NCBI GenBank assembly: GCA_051530055.1
Contig: CM121342.1
Location: 8,695,480-8,759,479 of the forward strand
Source: Neoechinorhynchus agilis
Taxonomy: Eukaryota; Animalia; Acanthocephala
Length of the DNA: 64,000 bases
Reading direction: 5' to 3'
Of the stretch, positions 28,608 to 40,800 are shown one piece after another; the first letter of the stretch is position 1, and each line of letters opens with the position of its first letter. The notes beneath the pieces are model-generated. The model did not search any database. It was not told where the DNA came from and was given only the letters and a program-made list of their open reading frames with translations. Both the position numbers and the translations under genes were made by a program.

Positions 28608-29383
28608 TTCAATAAACTCTCTTTCAGTCGGATTGTCAATCAAACAATCATCAATAGATAAAACATGCGACTGAACAACCAGGTTGGGCTTAGTAATCTT
28701 CTTGGCCAATACGATAGGCCGATCCTACGAATTCCGTACGTGAGTGAAATGTTCACGAAGAGAGTTAAAGTACTGCTCAGGCAAGCAGGGTTGAATGTGC
28801 GTATTGTGCACAGAGGGTGTAGAACGCTGCGGAGGATGCTGACGAGAACGAGGCATCATGAGGATCATCAGGAATGCCCTCGGTCGTGCCTATTGTGCAG
28901 ATACGCAGCAGGTGCGAGGATGGACGAGGAGCGTCAGCAAGCCATTGATCGTGACTGGAAGATGTGCGATCAGAGCAGTGTGGTCTACGAGATCCGGTGT
29001 GAACGGTGTCGGATTGACCGTGGCCACTTGGTCACGTACGTGGGAAAAACAGAAAGGCCACTTCGCCAAAGAGTGGCCGAGCATTTACGAAACTCGTTGA
29101 ACCCAAGTGCGCAATCGTATGTGACGACACCGTGGGCGAAACATTATTCGCGAGTCCACCCGGATGGAACAGTTCAGCTGTCCACGCGCATAATGTACAA
29201 AGCGCAGGATCCCGTCGAACTGTCGATAGCGGAAGCGCTGATCATATCCCGAGAGACCCGGGATCGTGAGGACTCTAGCGGGCATCGGTCGGACGGTAGG
29301 ACACTCATTAACCAGAAGGATGAGTTGTCTGCCGTCATGAATCTAATGTGAACTTCCACTCCACTTCACTCGCATTGTAGATT

Positions 29384-29422
29384 ACACCCTGAAGAAGCCG
29401 TTGGACGGCGAAAGCTAGGTGT
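29384..29422 (+). ncRNA. Minimal type I hammerhead ribozyme (Penelope pLTR)
   Basis: Identical motif; predicted cleavage after 29417. Confidence 0.85.
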
Positions 29423-32104
29423 TTCAATAAACTCTCTTTCAGTCGGATTGTCAATTAAACAATCATCAATAGATAAAACATGCGACTGAACAACCAAGCA
29501 GCGCTTAGTAATCTTCTCGATAGTAATATGTGACGCATCATCGCCTCCCGTATCAACTGGTCTCCTCGCGGGCCAGCCGTCGAATCCATTGGTTTGTATT
29601 GCTCCAGCAACTGGCCTAAGCCGAGGGGAGATAAGTCCGAGTCAGGCAGCCTCTGAACATAATCATTTACTCCGCGATGGAAACCCATGTTTTCTAACCG
29701 CATCCCATCAAACATGACTCCACAAACCATGTTCCACCACAATTGTGTCCATCCGTAATGATGACACATTCTATAGTATATATCCCAAAGCGTACGTGAT
29801 GGGAGCGCGATGTCCTCTAGATCGTAATCACAGTCCAATGTCCTGCAGTAAGCAACAACCGGGTTGTTTATGTTGGGCCAAGCTGTTCTGCCAAGTAACA
29901 TTCCCCGGAAAGGGAAAGCATCACTCGCTGCCAGGCCAACTGCCGCAAGCGCTGTTCTAGGATCTCCCACCTCCGCCGGTACATAAATCACATCTGATCT
30001 TCTCGACACTGCTTGCAAAAGCAGGTCCCCATGCGCCATGCTGTTGTTCATATTCGTCCATCTAATATTCCTAACCCAACCCAACCTTCGCTCGAATTGC
30101 GTTCCTGATTCTCTTAGTGCCTGCGCGCAAAAGATGGCTGCCATCCTCATTACTAGGCGTTCTGGCTGGACCTGTCGACCTACAAGAGCTTGGGCTGCCT
30201 TCGCATGCCCCGGCGAGTAATCTTGCGCCCTCACTCCTCCAATGAACTGGCTCGTGTTCTTGGGCCTGCAGCCATGCCCCGTCCCTGACTATATCCGCCA
30301 ATCCACAACACAGCTCCAACAGCACCAGGGGTGCGTATTCTGCCGTCGTTTCGCCGCTGCTCACATATCGACATCTCACATCTGTATCCACCATTGCAAA
30401 TCTAATCTCTATATCCCGATTCCACACTTTTCCACCCTGCTCGAAGTTGTAAATCAAAGAAAGCGACAGTTTTAATCCACCGTCATTATCTTTCAGATTC
30501 CAAAGGGCTGGTAAATTGCGCTTGAGTGCCTCTGGCAACTCACCGCACAGCCAATCTGGTGTCCTCAAATCTACTTCTGCCAAACTTGAGAAAGTTGTTG
30601 GTTCCTCAATCTCGGATAAGTCAGCCTCTGGCGCAACTATATCCTTGGTTGAGAAAAATTTCGGGTCAAACACAGCTGCAATCTAATAATAAAGTACAAA
30701 ACGTGCAATCACCAACGTCTACAAAATTTGAGCTTCTCTCCTTCCTCGGCTGTCGCTATCACGCTAGCAGCATTGCCTCTTTGTAACGCAAGCGAGGTAT
30801 TTTGTCTTTAATACTAGGAGCTCACACTTTCCAGCACTGAGCTCAATGCTAATTTTCGAGATCTCCTTAATCAGCGTCTTCGAATCGCGCAGTACAACGG
30901 AGGAATCACCTCTTTACTGTTATGGAGAATGCGATTGGACCGAAAGGATCTCCTTGCTGCACTCCTCTTTCGGACCAAATGAGGTGGTCTTCGAAAAGCA
31001 AAGGAGTCGTGGGCACCCCATTTGCGGATACAGAACCGGTCTAACGCTTTCCGTCCTACTCTGGTCGATAATGATGAGAGGATCCACTGATAGAAACACT
31101 GTTCCCCGTTTCGTTGCCTACGTTCAACAATTTCCATCTGGCACACTCGCCGCAAAGGTCCCGAACAAATCTTGATACTTCTTTTGGTAAGTTCGAAGAT
31201 CCACCACAGTGTCTCTCACTCGCCAAGCAACTGCGTCAGGATGTACCTTCAAATATTGTAAGCAACCCTCACACGGTAGCCTACTGTTTTCACAGAGGGC
31301 ACACCGAACCAGGGCATGCCGATAGTGGAGGATCAAGAATTTGGCATCTCCGCCCATCTCTTCCTTATCTTCCTTAAAACATTTGACATGAGAGCTGACT
31401 GAGAAGTTTTCCGAAGAAGGCACGCCACGTATGCCAAAAAAATTCGTCGTATGTATACATATTTGATTCCAGTCGAAAGCTTAGGGAGTCCTTTGAGTAA
31501 CCATTGACTTTCTTTGCTCTCACTCGGGTCAGTTGTGCTTCCACATCTATACTTCTCTTAAGCGCATGTGCATTAAGCAAAACTTCGTTTACTACTCCCT
31601 CCGTATTCTCACTCGCTAATTTATATTCTCTCTTGAGAGGTTGCGATTCCCTCGACAACCAATTTATCTTGTTTGATGCAATCTAACCCTCGTTTCCTCG
31701 GCCTTCCTCGTCAGTCTATCCGTGCTGCGCAGTATGTGATCTGCTTCGCACTTCGAAACTTTATTGTGCCAGCGCAACCTTTTTTTTGACGATCAACTCT
31801 GAACAGCAGCAGGAGCTGAACAGCTCCCTTTAGCCGAGACCGTCCGTGTCTCGGCAGCCCTTGGTGATTTAACACAAGCTCCGAGCGAAGAACTCGCGCA
31901 TCGCATACAAGGGCGCTTTAATAAATTTTGGTCAACATTTTGCAAGAATTTTACAGTCGGATGCCCTTCCTAACGCCAACCCTCCTCCTTTTTCAGCCGG
32001 GGTGCGAAATGAAAAACGGTCAGTCGTATGTTTACTGGATTGCAAATTTACGAGAAATAGTTCAAATATACAAATGTGCGGAAGTTAGGAACAAAATTCA
32101 CTAA

Positions 32105-32790
32105 ATGAAAGCACCTTCCTTAAACGATGTGATCAAAATATGTGAGACTTTCGAAATGTTGAAAGATACGTCGTGGAAGGAAAGGAGTGTGGGTCGAGAA
32201 CCCCTGACCGACTTAATCGAAGTGCAGCAAGTTATACTTAAGGATGAGCACATCGAACTCGATGAGATTCCACAGCGACGGAATAGACTTTATCAGGAAG
32301 TAAAATATGGGAAAGGACGGTGTGAAAGATGCTGACTCGAACACAACCTACAAAATTGTCCAGCTAGAGACATAAAGTGTTTCAAGTTTCAGCGCCTGGG
32401 CCATTTGCGGTCATGCTGTCGATCTTGGAATCCTATAGGTCAATTGGAAGAGCTGAATTCGATATCGGATGTGCACGACCCAGCGGAAGGACAGGATCAT
32501 ATTCCCAAAATAGATGTCCAAATAAATGGAATCACAATGGAATATTATACCGGCGCCAGTGTATCCGTATTGACCATGATCGATTTGCGTAGAATAGGGC
32601 AGCCGACCTTGACTCTTGTTAAATCCCTGAGGGTCTACGCAAGAAAACGTTTGCATACGCTGGGATAATGCGATATCAATATGATTTTGGGAGCCATACT
32701 GGAGGGATTAGAAGTTATGGCCGTACGAATTGCCAGGTACAGTTTATTCGGACTTCTTTGGATCAACGTTTTCGAAATTCCTTGGTCGAA
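32105..32790 (+). mobile_element. Degenerate Ty3/gypsy gag (zinc knuckle) and protease fragment
   Basis: RCERC*..H..NCPARDIKCFK..GH knuckles; IDVQINGITMEYYTGASVS (DTGAS-like). Stops and frameshifts are present. Confidence 0.75.
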
Positions 32791-34519
32791 TTATGTATGA
32801 CATAGCTTGCGCTGCCAGCAGGCTGAAACAGGCAGAGATTCCGCCGTTTCCTCAATCGAACAAATCGATTTTTGACTATTAGACCGCTCCGGTTAACAAC
32901 ACAGAAACATCCTTAGCGATCGCCTCCAATGCAATCCCGAGAAGATGGAATAGTAGGCGAATTCAACTAACATTGAAGAATGAAGTAGAAAACGGGTTGA
33001 TGCGACAAACGGCACCGATGCATCGATTATTTCCAATCTAAAAATCTTTATTGCAAGAAGATTGTGCAATTCCTCAAGGTGTCTATCAATCTTTCCTAGT
33101 AGCATTTTGTGTCAAAGAAAGACGTCGGTAACTTTTAAACAAATGGATTTTGCTGTGTCCATTTTCCATCTATTGAGAAAAATAGGCCGATATTTACTAC
33201 TCCGGAGCGTCACTTTATTCAACAATTCCAAGGTATCCGGACAATGTTAACAATGGACGACTTCAAGAAACGTTGTAGCTCCGGGATATTTGAGATTATC
33301 CTGCTCTCGATCAGTCGGACCGAGAAGCTTACAACTTTGGGCATTTTGTTGAGTTTAAATTATTTTCATGTAATAAATTATCAGTAGTCATTTATGGAGG
33401 AAGTCTAATAATGACGAGGGTACGGATGATGAAGGTGTCAATGGCTTTAAAAAGTTGATACTTTGGTAACAGTATCATTAATCAACGTCATTTCGTTTCC
33501 CAAACACTGATTTTTCATTGACCGCTTTCAATGATTATATGGATTTCCATCACGAATCGACCGCCTTTAATAATCGCGACCGCTGAAAAATTGATTCATC
33601 GAAAAACTTCACCAAGAATTAAGTTGAACTTTTTAAAAATCAATGCGCTGTAGTTCGTTAATCAATAAACTCTCATAAATGAGAATTGTGCGAAATTTAA
33701 AAGGTCTTTTTGGCAGACATTCATAACGATTTCATCGTTACGCCATGGAATACTCGCTGTTCCTTTAAGGAATTAAATAATCCGAATCGAACCATCTGAT
33801 GATTTCGGTTCTTTTTTTCGTCAATAATACAAGTAAAAGAACGTTCGTAAGATGTTATCGATGACAACATTCACCAATCTGTTCGCCGTGAATATCGCGC
33901 TGATTATCGATATTATCCACGAAATCCCAAAAACCTAAGCGCTGATTTCGTATATTGATAAGTTACGTTGAATCTACGAGCAGATTTAAATGCTAAAATA
34001 GATCCTTAATTTTTGTTAAAGGCTTCCATTGTGTTCATGATGAACATTTGAACGAAAGGTGCCAATTTGTTTTTTGAAATGGGAATTTTTTCAACAAAGA
34101 CCGAAGAAGGAAAAACCTAAGCACTTAATAATTTAAAAATTTACGTGCTTAAAACAAGTTTTAATTCTTAAAAAGGGGACTAACAAACTCTTTATCGCCA
34201 TTCCAAGCCACTGGTCGAGAGGAAAAACCTCAGTACTTCATCATTTTAAGTTTGGATGAAATGAAAAAATATCACAGTGTTTGGTACGCGTGGGTATCGA
34301 AACTTTTAAATTTTTCGTAAAAACCATGATTACAGAAAGCTCAAAAGATTAACGCGATGGATATTTTCGCCTTTATGCAATCATTAACACAATCACCGAG
34401 GCCACATTCGTCCTTTGTTTTTTGTTTTGAGCAACAAAACCGATACGTATTAATTCGCAATATCGTTCCTTGCTCGATTGTCTTTCCCAAGGAGACGGAT
34501 AACATTTTCAAATAAAGAC

Positions 34520-35677
34520 ATGAATCCAGAAATAAGCAAAATCCTTTTACGTTTAATTCAACGATTGAGCGATAATATTCCGACAAGTGACAGTCAACGG
34601 TTTGAAAACCACATTTTAATTATGGAGGCTACAATGGAATCCATGCGGATTCTAGCGAGCCAAAATGCGACGAGCAAACCAACGCCAGGTGAGTTCCACA
34701 AAAACCTCATATCGATTCCATTATTTCAAATGAGTTTAGGAGTGTCATTTCCTTCAATGAATTCAACTCGAAGTAACGAGCCAGTAAATCTTGATAGAAT
34801 ATTTGCCGGTTTGTTGAGAATGGCACCCTCGAACACTACGGCGTCCGCATTGTCAGTGGCCGCAAACTTAGCAAACGCCCAGCAACAGTGTTTCCGAATA
34901 ACTTCCGAGCAGTCCAAGGAGCAAAAATCGGCCGAAACAAATCGAATGATTGGCGATACCAACCAAGAACTTGAAGATTTAATGCAATTCATAATTCAAA
35001 ATGCCGATGCCATCGCTGAGAGTCGTCCGCCGCAAATCTTTCCGAGAATAAATGATAATAATCGAGTCGGCGTCATCAGTCTCGAGATGGTAAATGAACG
35101 CCAAGATTCAGTCGCCAATCCTCAAGCTTTTCTTCCAAAAACATCGCAGCCAACAATGCCTTGGATTTGTGCAAAATGCGGAACTTTTTTAACTCCATCG
35201 TGGCATCAATATAAAGGTTCGGTCTACTGCTTTTCATGCGCTGACTCGGTCGCATTTTCCGAATGGGAACCGGCCATTCGCGAACTATTTGAAAAATTTC
35301 TGGCTTCAGAATGGATCCCTCCTGTTCTTGATCCGGACCACGGCACAAACATTGACCAAAGAACTCAAATCTTAACACCACGAAGATCGGCAAGGTCACA
35401 GGAGAAACTCGAGATTGAAGACACAACAAAAATAAGTGAACCAACTCGGGAAAACATTCCATCGGTTCACAATTCGCCGGTTGAAAAATCATCTGACGTT
35501 TTTATCCATCAAACTGACCATCAAACGGAAACTAATTTGTTTCAGGCAAATGAAGGAGCCGCCAATTCTCTTCCACCAATAGAAATTGATAGCAGTACAA
35601 ACAGAATAAAAGATAAAGAAGGAGAATCTCAATGTAGAGATAGTTCGTCTGAGAGCAATTTTGTAAGACGAGAGTAA
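34520..35677 (+). CDS. Intronless 385-aa protein with a divergent GATA-like C4 zinc finger
   Basis: Long open frame in AT-rich DNA; CAKCGTFLTPSWHQYKGSVYCFSC (C-x2-C-x16-C-x2-C with TPxW). Confidence 0.6.
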   Translation: MNPEISKILLRLIQRLSDNIPTSDSQRFENHILIMEATMESMRILASQNATSKPTPGEFHKNLISIPLFQMSLGVSFPSMNSTRSNEPVNLDRIFAGLLRMAPSNTTASALSVAANLANAQQQCFRITSEQSKEQKSAETNRMIGDTNQELEDLMQFIIQNADAIAESRPPQIFPRINDNNRVGVISLEMVNERQDSVANPQAFLPKTSQPTMPWICAKCGTFLTPSWHQYKGSVYCFSCADSVAFSEWEPAIRELFEKFLASEWIPPVLDPDHGTNIDQRTQILTPRRSARSQEKLEIEDTTKISEPTRENIPSVHNSPVEKSSDVFIHQTDHQTETNLFQANEGAANSLPPIEIDSSTNRIKDKEGESQCRDSSSESNFVRRE

Positions 35678-37815
35678 TATTGATAAATAAGTTTTTATTT
35701 GTACGTCTGCATTAAATTATTTCCAAAATACGATATCGAACGGTTGTTAGAGTGAAATCAGAATTGTAAACTTTTAGCGATCCGGGCTTTATAGATGTGT
35801 TCTTCACAATCCCGGATATAAAATATTTTATCGAGATTTTTCGAAAGATAAAGCCTCGCCAAGCGATGCAGAGCTCCATGAGGTTTGTCGCCTAACAACT
35901 TTCAACAACAACAATAATAACGACGACAACAATTACGAACAAATTAAATTCCTTTTTTATAGGAATTTTTGTGACCACAAATAGCAAAGACGATTTTCGG
36001 CGTATTTTTTCAAACCAATCTCAGGTTTTGTTTTTCAATTGACACTTAGGCGGGCTGTGGTAATGATAAAGAAAATCTTTATTTTTGAGCTTTCATCGTC
36101 TTGCTCGAAAATCTACAAAGGCTCATGGAGATGTAAAGTTTGCCAGCGACATCGAAGCCGGGACTTTAGCAGTTCTTGGGCTTTTTTGAGATGATTTCCT
36201 TTCCCTACGGCCCGGAATGCAGGTTCCTTGGCGATTCCATTGCTGACAAAATTCGATTTGCACTTTATCGAAACTTTGTTTACGAAATTAACTGAGAACG
36301 ATATTTGGTCAATTGCAATCGCGATTTCGCTTGGATGGGCCGTTGATATGATAAAGAAAATCTTTATTTTCGAGCTTTCGCAGTCTTACGGCTGACAGGA
36401 AACGTTCGTAAACTCCTGAATCCGGACGCAAAATCTATGCTATCTCCCGTACTTGAACCTTTAGAAAATAGCCGAAGAATCGAAGGATTCAATTTATTTT
36501 AAGATGAGCTTTCTAAAGACCATTTTCAAGTGCTGGATTTGTCCAAAAAATATCCAAAAAAGTGAATTATTGTGTTAAACGAAGAAGCAAACTGCGACTG
36601 TAGAGGTTTTTTTTATAGATACCCATTTTCATTAAACAGAATTGTTGAAAATTAATGATTTTTTCTTTGAAGGTTACTCATTTTTCAAAAACTCTTCGGT
36701 TGGTTTTAGAAATCATCTCTAACGAGGTTTTAAGACGATTAATTCTTTTTAGTGTGTCTTTAAAAGAAAAATGTCGGGAAATCAAACGAACAACTAAACA
36801 AGAAGGTGGATGTTCGGAAATGTACCAATAATCCCCAATAACAAATCAATTAGTCCGTAACAATAACGACTGTCAATTGGTTTCAACTGAGTTACACTTT
36901 ATCCCGAGAACAGAAGAGTAAGATTTTTACTTCGAGATGTACAAAAACGATCGCTTACCACGATTTCGACGCTAAAAATAGGAAACAAATTCTCTTTTCT
37001 CATAGCTTCCTGATTTCATTGTTCCGCTCGCGCATTTTGTTGTCATCTTTTTTAAACATTCTTCTTTAAATTGATTCAAGAAGTCGGCTAAAGGTTTGTT
37101 GGAATTCTACGAAAACAAATCGTTTAGTTCGTGTTCCCTTAGCCACTTTACGGTCTCTCTTTATCTTATTAATTAGTTAAAATTAAAATATTTTAATTGG
37201 CGTTGATGAATTGCGATCTTATGGGAGTTACCTTTTTTCCCTACCTGGCTTATTAATGGTCGCCATCATTATATTATTATTATTATTATTATTTCACGCC
37301 TCATACAACATACACACAATCAATCTCTTAATTCCTCTTTCTTGCTTGATCTAATATGTCTCGGGCCCAAGATGGCTGTGAGTTGTGGGACGAACAACTA
37401 ATAGTGGCCATGTACTGATGGTTCAAATCAGTATCCGAAATCGGACAATTCGGATGTTGTGAACGTTTGGGCGTTCTAGCGATTGGCTAAGTCACTGATT
37501 TGGATTATTCGTCGGTGTCATTCGAATTGCTCGTGATCTGTTGTCCGAGGAGCGTACTTTAAGTTTTGGTCGTTTATTTCCGTCGCTCATTTCGATTGCA
37601 ATAGTGCAATAACTTTGCTGTTTACAATAGAATTTGAAAAACAAAAAGCGATATAGTCATTTCGATGAGCTGAATTGCGTGAATAGAATTAGTTACAAAT
37701 ATTTTAGATTAATTTATAGATTTAAGTGGGCACCAGTAGAAAAATCTAGGACACCATTTAATTTTTTGTATTTGGTAAAGTAAAAGAGATTTAGATTACA
37801 TTCTTAATAAGGATT

Positions 37816-40800
37816 CTATAAATTTATTTCCATCTCTGAAGCCTCAGCACATTTGCCTCCTTTGTTCGCCATCTGATAGAAGATTGAGTTTCCGTTCGCT
37901 AACAACTCTGATGGCTTTCCACTCTCGACCACTTCCCCGGCTTTCACAAGCATAACCACATCATTGTAGATTGCATCTTCGACCTTGTGCATTATACTGA
38001 TAACAGTACTTTCCCTTAGCTCGGTATTTATAATCCCTTGAATCTGGATCTGCATTTCCTGGTCGACTTTTGAGCTGGCTTTGTCAGTCAGAACAATTGA
38101 TTTCTTTTCTAGAAGTATCTTGGCCAACCACAATAACTGCCTCTCGCTTATTCCGAATTCCGATTCGCTTTCGCACACGTAATCGAGTTTTTTAGTAGAA
38201 CCGGGAACGCTCAATTGCCGAATTCGATCATCCAGTCCAACCTATAACTTTACACTTTGATTTAAACTAGCAAACAATCACCCAAATCTCAGTGTCCGTC
38301 TTTTCTTGAAAGGGGTCCAAATTGAGTCGAATACTAGTCTTCATCAATACAGCTTCCTAAAAATAGCTCAATTTGTTTTGTCTTATGAAAAGTCTATTAT
38401 ACCTGCCGAAGGAATGAAATGCTGCGTCTTAATTGATGGAGATTTTTTTAGGCAGTATTGTTTTCGATTCATTGATTCAGTGTCAATACCGCCAACAATA
38501 ATCTTTCCTTCTACAATTCCCAATCTAAATATGGCACCGAATATAGTGCTCTTTCCTGCTCCAGATGATCCAACGATAGCAACCTATTTGTTTGCCGTGT
38601 TTAAAAGCTCAAGAAGGTACTTTAGCGCATAATAACCTTGGATCCAGGCTTAATCCTTAGATCTTGGATATTTAAAACAACGGGAAGATCTGTAAAATAC
38701 TTGAAACGGAATCAACATAGGGAGGTTTTTCGATTTCATCCGGTGATCCAGCGTTCGGTTCTTGAACAGTATCATAAAGATCGAAAACTCTAGCCGCTGA
38801 CAGCAACTAGTAAACAATGTAGATAATTATTTCTTGTCAAAGCAGTGCTTTTACCAACGTGATTAATGTTTAGTTGGGCCGTTTCAATAAAAGGCCGGGA
38901 ATTTTCAGCTATCATGAGTGTATATGTCACTGCCAGTTGTCCGACCTCGATTGTTCCTTTTGCGATTTCTCAGTACTCAAATTTTTTAATTGATTGAAAT
39001 TAGCTAACCATTGTCGAAGAACAAGAAAACACTCGCTGTCACCAGGATGACTAAGAGCATAACGAATTCAATGGTTAGTTGAGCTATTCGATCGAGTAAA
39101 ATTAACGTATATCGCAATTGGTTGTTGGAATCTAAAACGATTAAATCAAAAAGATTCTCATTTATCGAAGCATGCTCAAACCAATTGTATACTCGAATTC
39201 CGATAACATTTCATCTTCAGCTTTGGATGCTCGAACGGATACGAGACCTTGGTGAGTTGCCACCAAGTGGTTTAGTATGTTTGTTCGAGCTATAATATGA
39301 ATTTTCGAAGAATTAACGTAGCATTTTTTAAAGGAAAGTCTTACTGTTGTATTCCATTTGATATCCTGCGGCAGTTAGATTTATTTGGTGATATATTAAG
39401 AAAAACATAACGAAAATCACCGGTATTACTAAAGCGACTACTATCGGACAGATGCAACAAATGTAGATCATGAGTGCCACGATTAGTGAACCATCCTAAA
39501 ATGAAACATTGTCTTTTCACACAAAGATTTTTGAATGTGATGTAAAAAATGTCAATGTTTCCATTTCAATTTAACAAAAAACAAATGCAAAACGATCTCA
39601 GTTTGGTGAAATCTCACTCTTATCCCCGAAGGAAGAATAATAAAATTGCCTCCTTTATTCCATAAAATTATTGTGCCTTACAAACAAAATGTGTTTTATC
39701 GTTTGTTTCCATAATTTAAAATAATAAAAGGCCGCAACTTGGTTTACTTAAATTTGTACTTAACCTGTACTATCCGATAAGTTGAAATGGGCACGAAATT
39801 TTGCATAACGCCGATATCGAACGACAATCGATTGAACGTAACACCTTTTTAAAGAACATAATCTTATCTCTCAGAATACTTCAAAACAAACCTCGCAGTA
39901 CTTTCTCGAATATAAACGAATACGATCCCATCACTCTTGCCAAGCTCCTTGAATGAGTATAGAATGTATCGTAGCCAATCAGACTGATAATGATAAGTAG
40001 AACCGAGCCAGCACAGATTACAAATCCGAGGAGATAACCTATAAAAACCAATAAGCAATTAATCAGTTCCTAATTAGCGAACCCAGATAGAAAGTCTTAT
40101 GAGCGTTGTCACTCAAATGCTTTGTGCCATTTTCGTTTTCAGCTGAGAGCCAGCGAGAAAGCCAGTATTCCGATAGAATGCGAAAAGAATGTGATCCGCA
40201 CCAAAATATAATCAAAAAGGGAACAATAGCGGCTCCAATTTTGTTCGGCATAAGTAGTTTTCCCAAAAGTTTAATCCAACCCAAGGCATCCACCGTTCTT
40301 GACTTTAGGATAAATCCGCCTATTTCGGATTCTTCATTCTGTGAACACATCGAATATCTCCGAGCCACTTTGTCCAAAGTTATTAGTTCAAAGTCTGAAT
40401 CTTGCTCAGTATGCGATGAATCGGAATCGTCGGTGGCTTTGAAAGCTGCTTGTTCGTTCATAATTCAATCGAACCCTAAGAAATCGATTTAACTGCTTTC
40501 GAGAAATCATGGGCTAACTTACGTCCTTTAGTGTTACGACCGTGGCGGGACTACTTGCGTCCAGGACCTTGGAGGCGCAGTATAATACGGTTTTGTTTTT
40601 TAGGAATATTCGAATGCAACTACAAATTAGTTCGATTGAGCTCTTTTTTTTATTTATTTAAGGCAAATACTAACTGCTTTAAAATATGTGTCCTCGTTTC
40701 ATAATCAATTGCAGTCAAAGGATCATCAAGAAGATACACGTCTGCGTCTTGGTAAATCGCCCTGGCCAATGAAACTCTCGCTTTTTGTCCACCACTTAAA

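Larger units (their letters stand above)
27458..29515. mobile_element. Penelope-like retroelement insertion: 5'-truncated minus copy (27458-~28511; RT end + GIY-YIG) plus inverted plus-strand pLTR-EN-pLTR unit (~28512-29515); 10-bp TSD CTCGATAGTA
   Basis: GIY-YIG motifs VVYEIRC..TYVGKTERPLRQRVAEH in both copies; RT tail YLPFLN..WYRKP..IVMH..SHHP; TSD at 27448-27457 and 29516-29525. Confidence 0.93.
26721..30673 (-). pseudogene. GC-rich intronless ORF split by the Penelope insertion; candidate endogenous RNA-virus (toti-like capsid) element
   Basis: Removing 27458-29515 plus one TSD copy joins RHILLS|SCYAEATQCTGWQHVSMGLGG in frame (about 480 codons). The upstream ORF 30071-30673 joins via one frameshift near 30240-30290. 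A (TAAA)n tract follows the stop. Viral identity is inference only. Confidence 0.5.

Noticed and set aside
31960-32010. GGATGCCCTTCCTAACGCCAACC motif resembling a LINE 3' UTR
   Set aside because: The resemblance is from memory only, and there is no adjoining RT ORF or TSD to support it.
36060-36390. Local duplication GATAAAGAAAATCTTTATTTT.GAGCTTTC at ~36066 and ~36350
   Set aside because: Only a short two-copy repeat with no further structure.
38440-38475. Possible in-frame 24-nt insert (RKQYCLKN) in ABCC NBD2 as another TA element
   Set aside because: It is flanked by AAT rather than TA, has no stem, and lies in a decaying gene.
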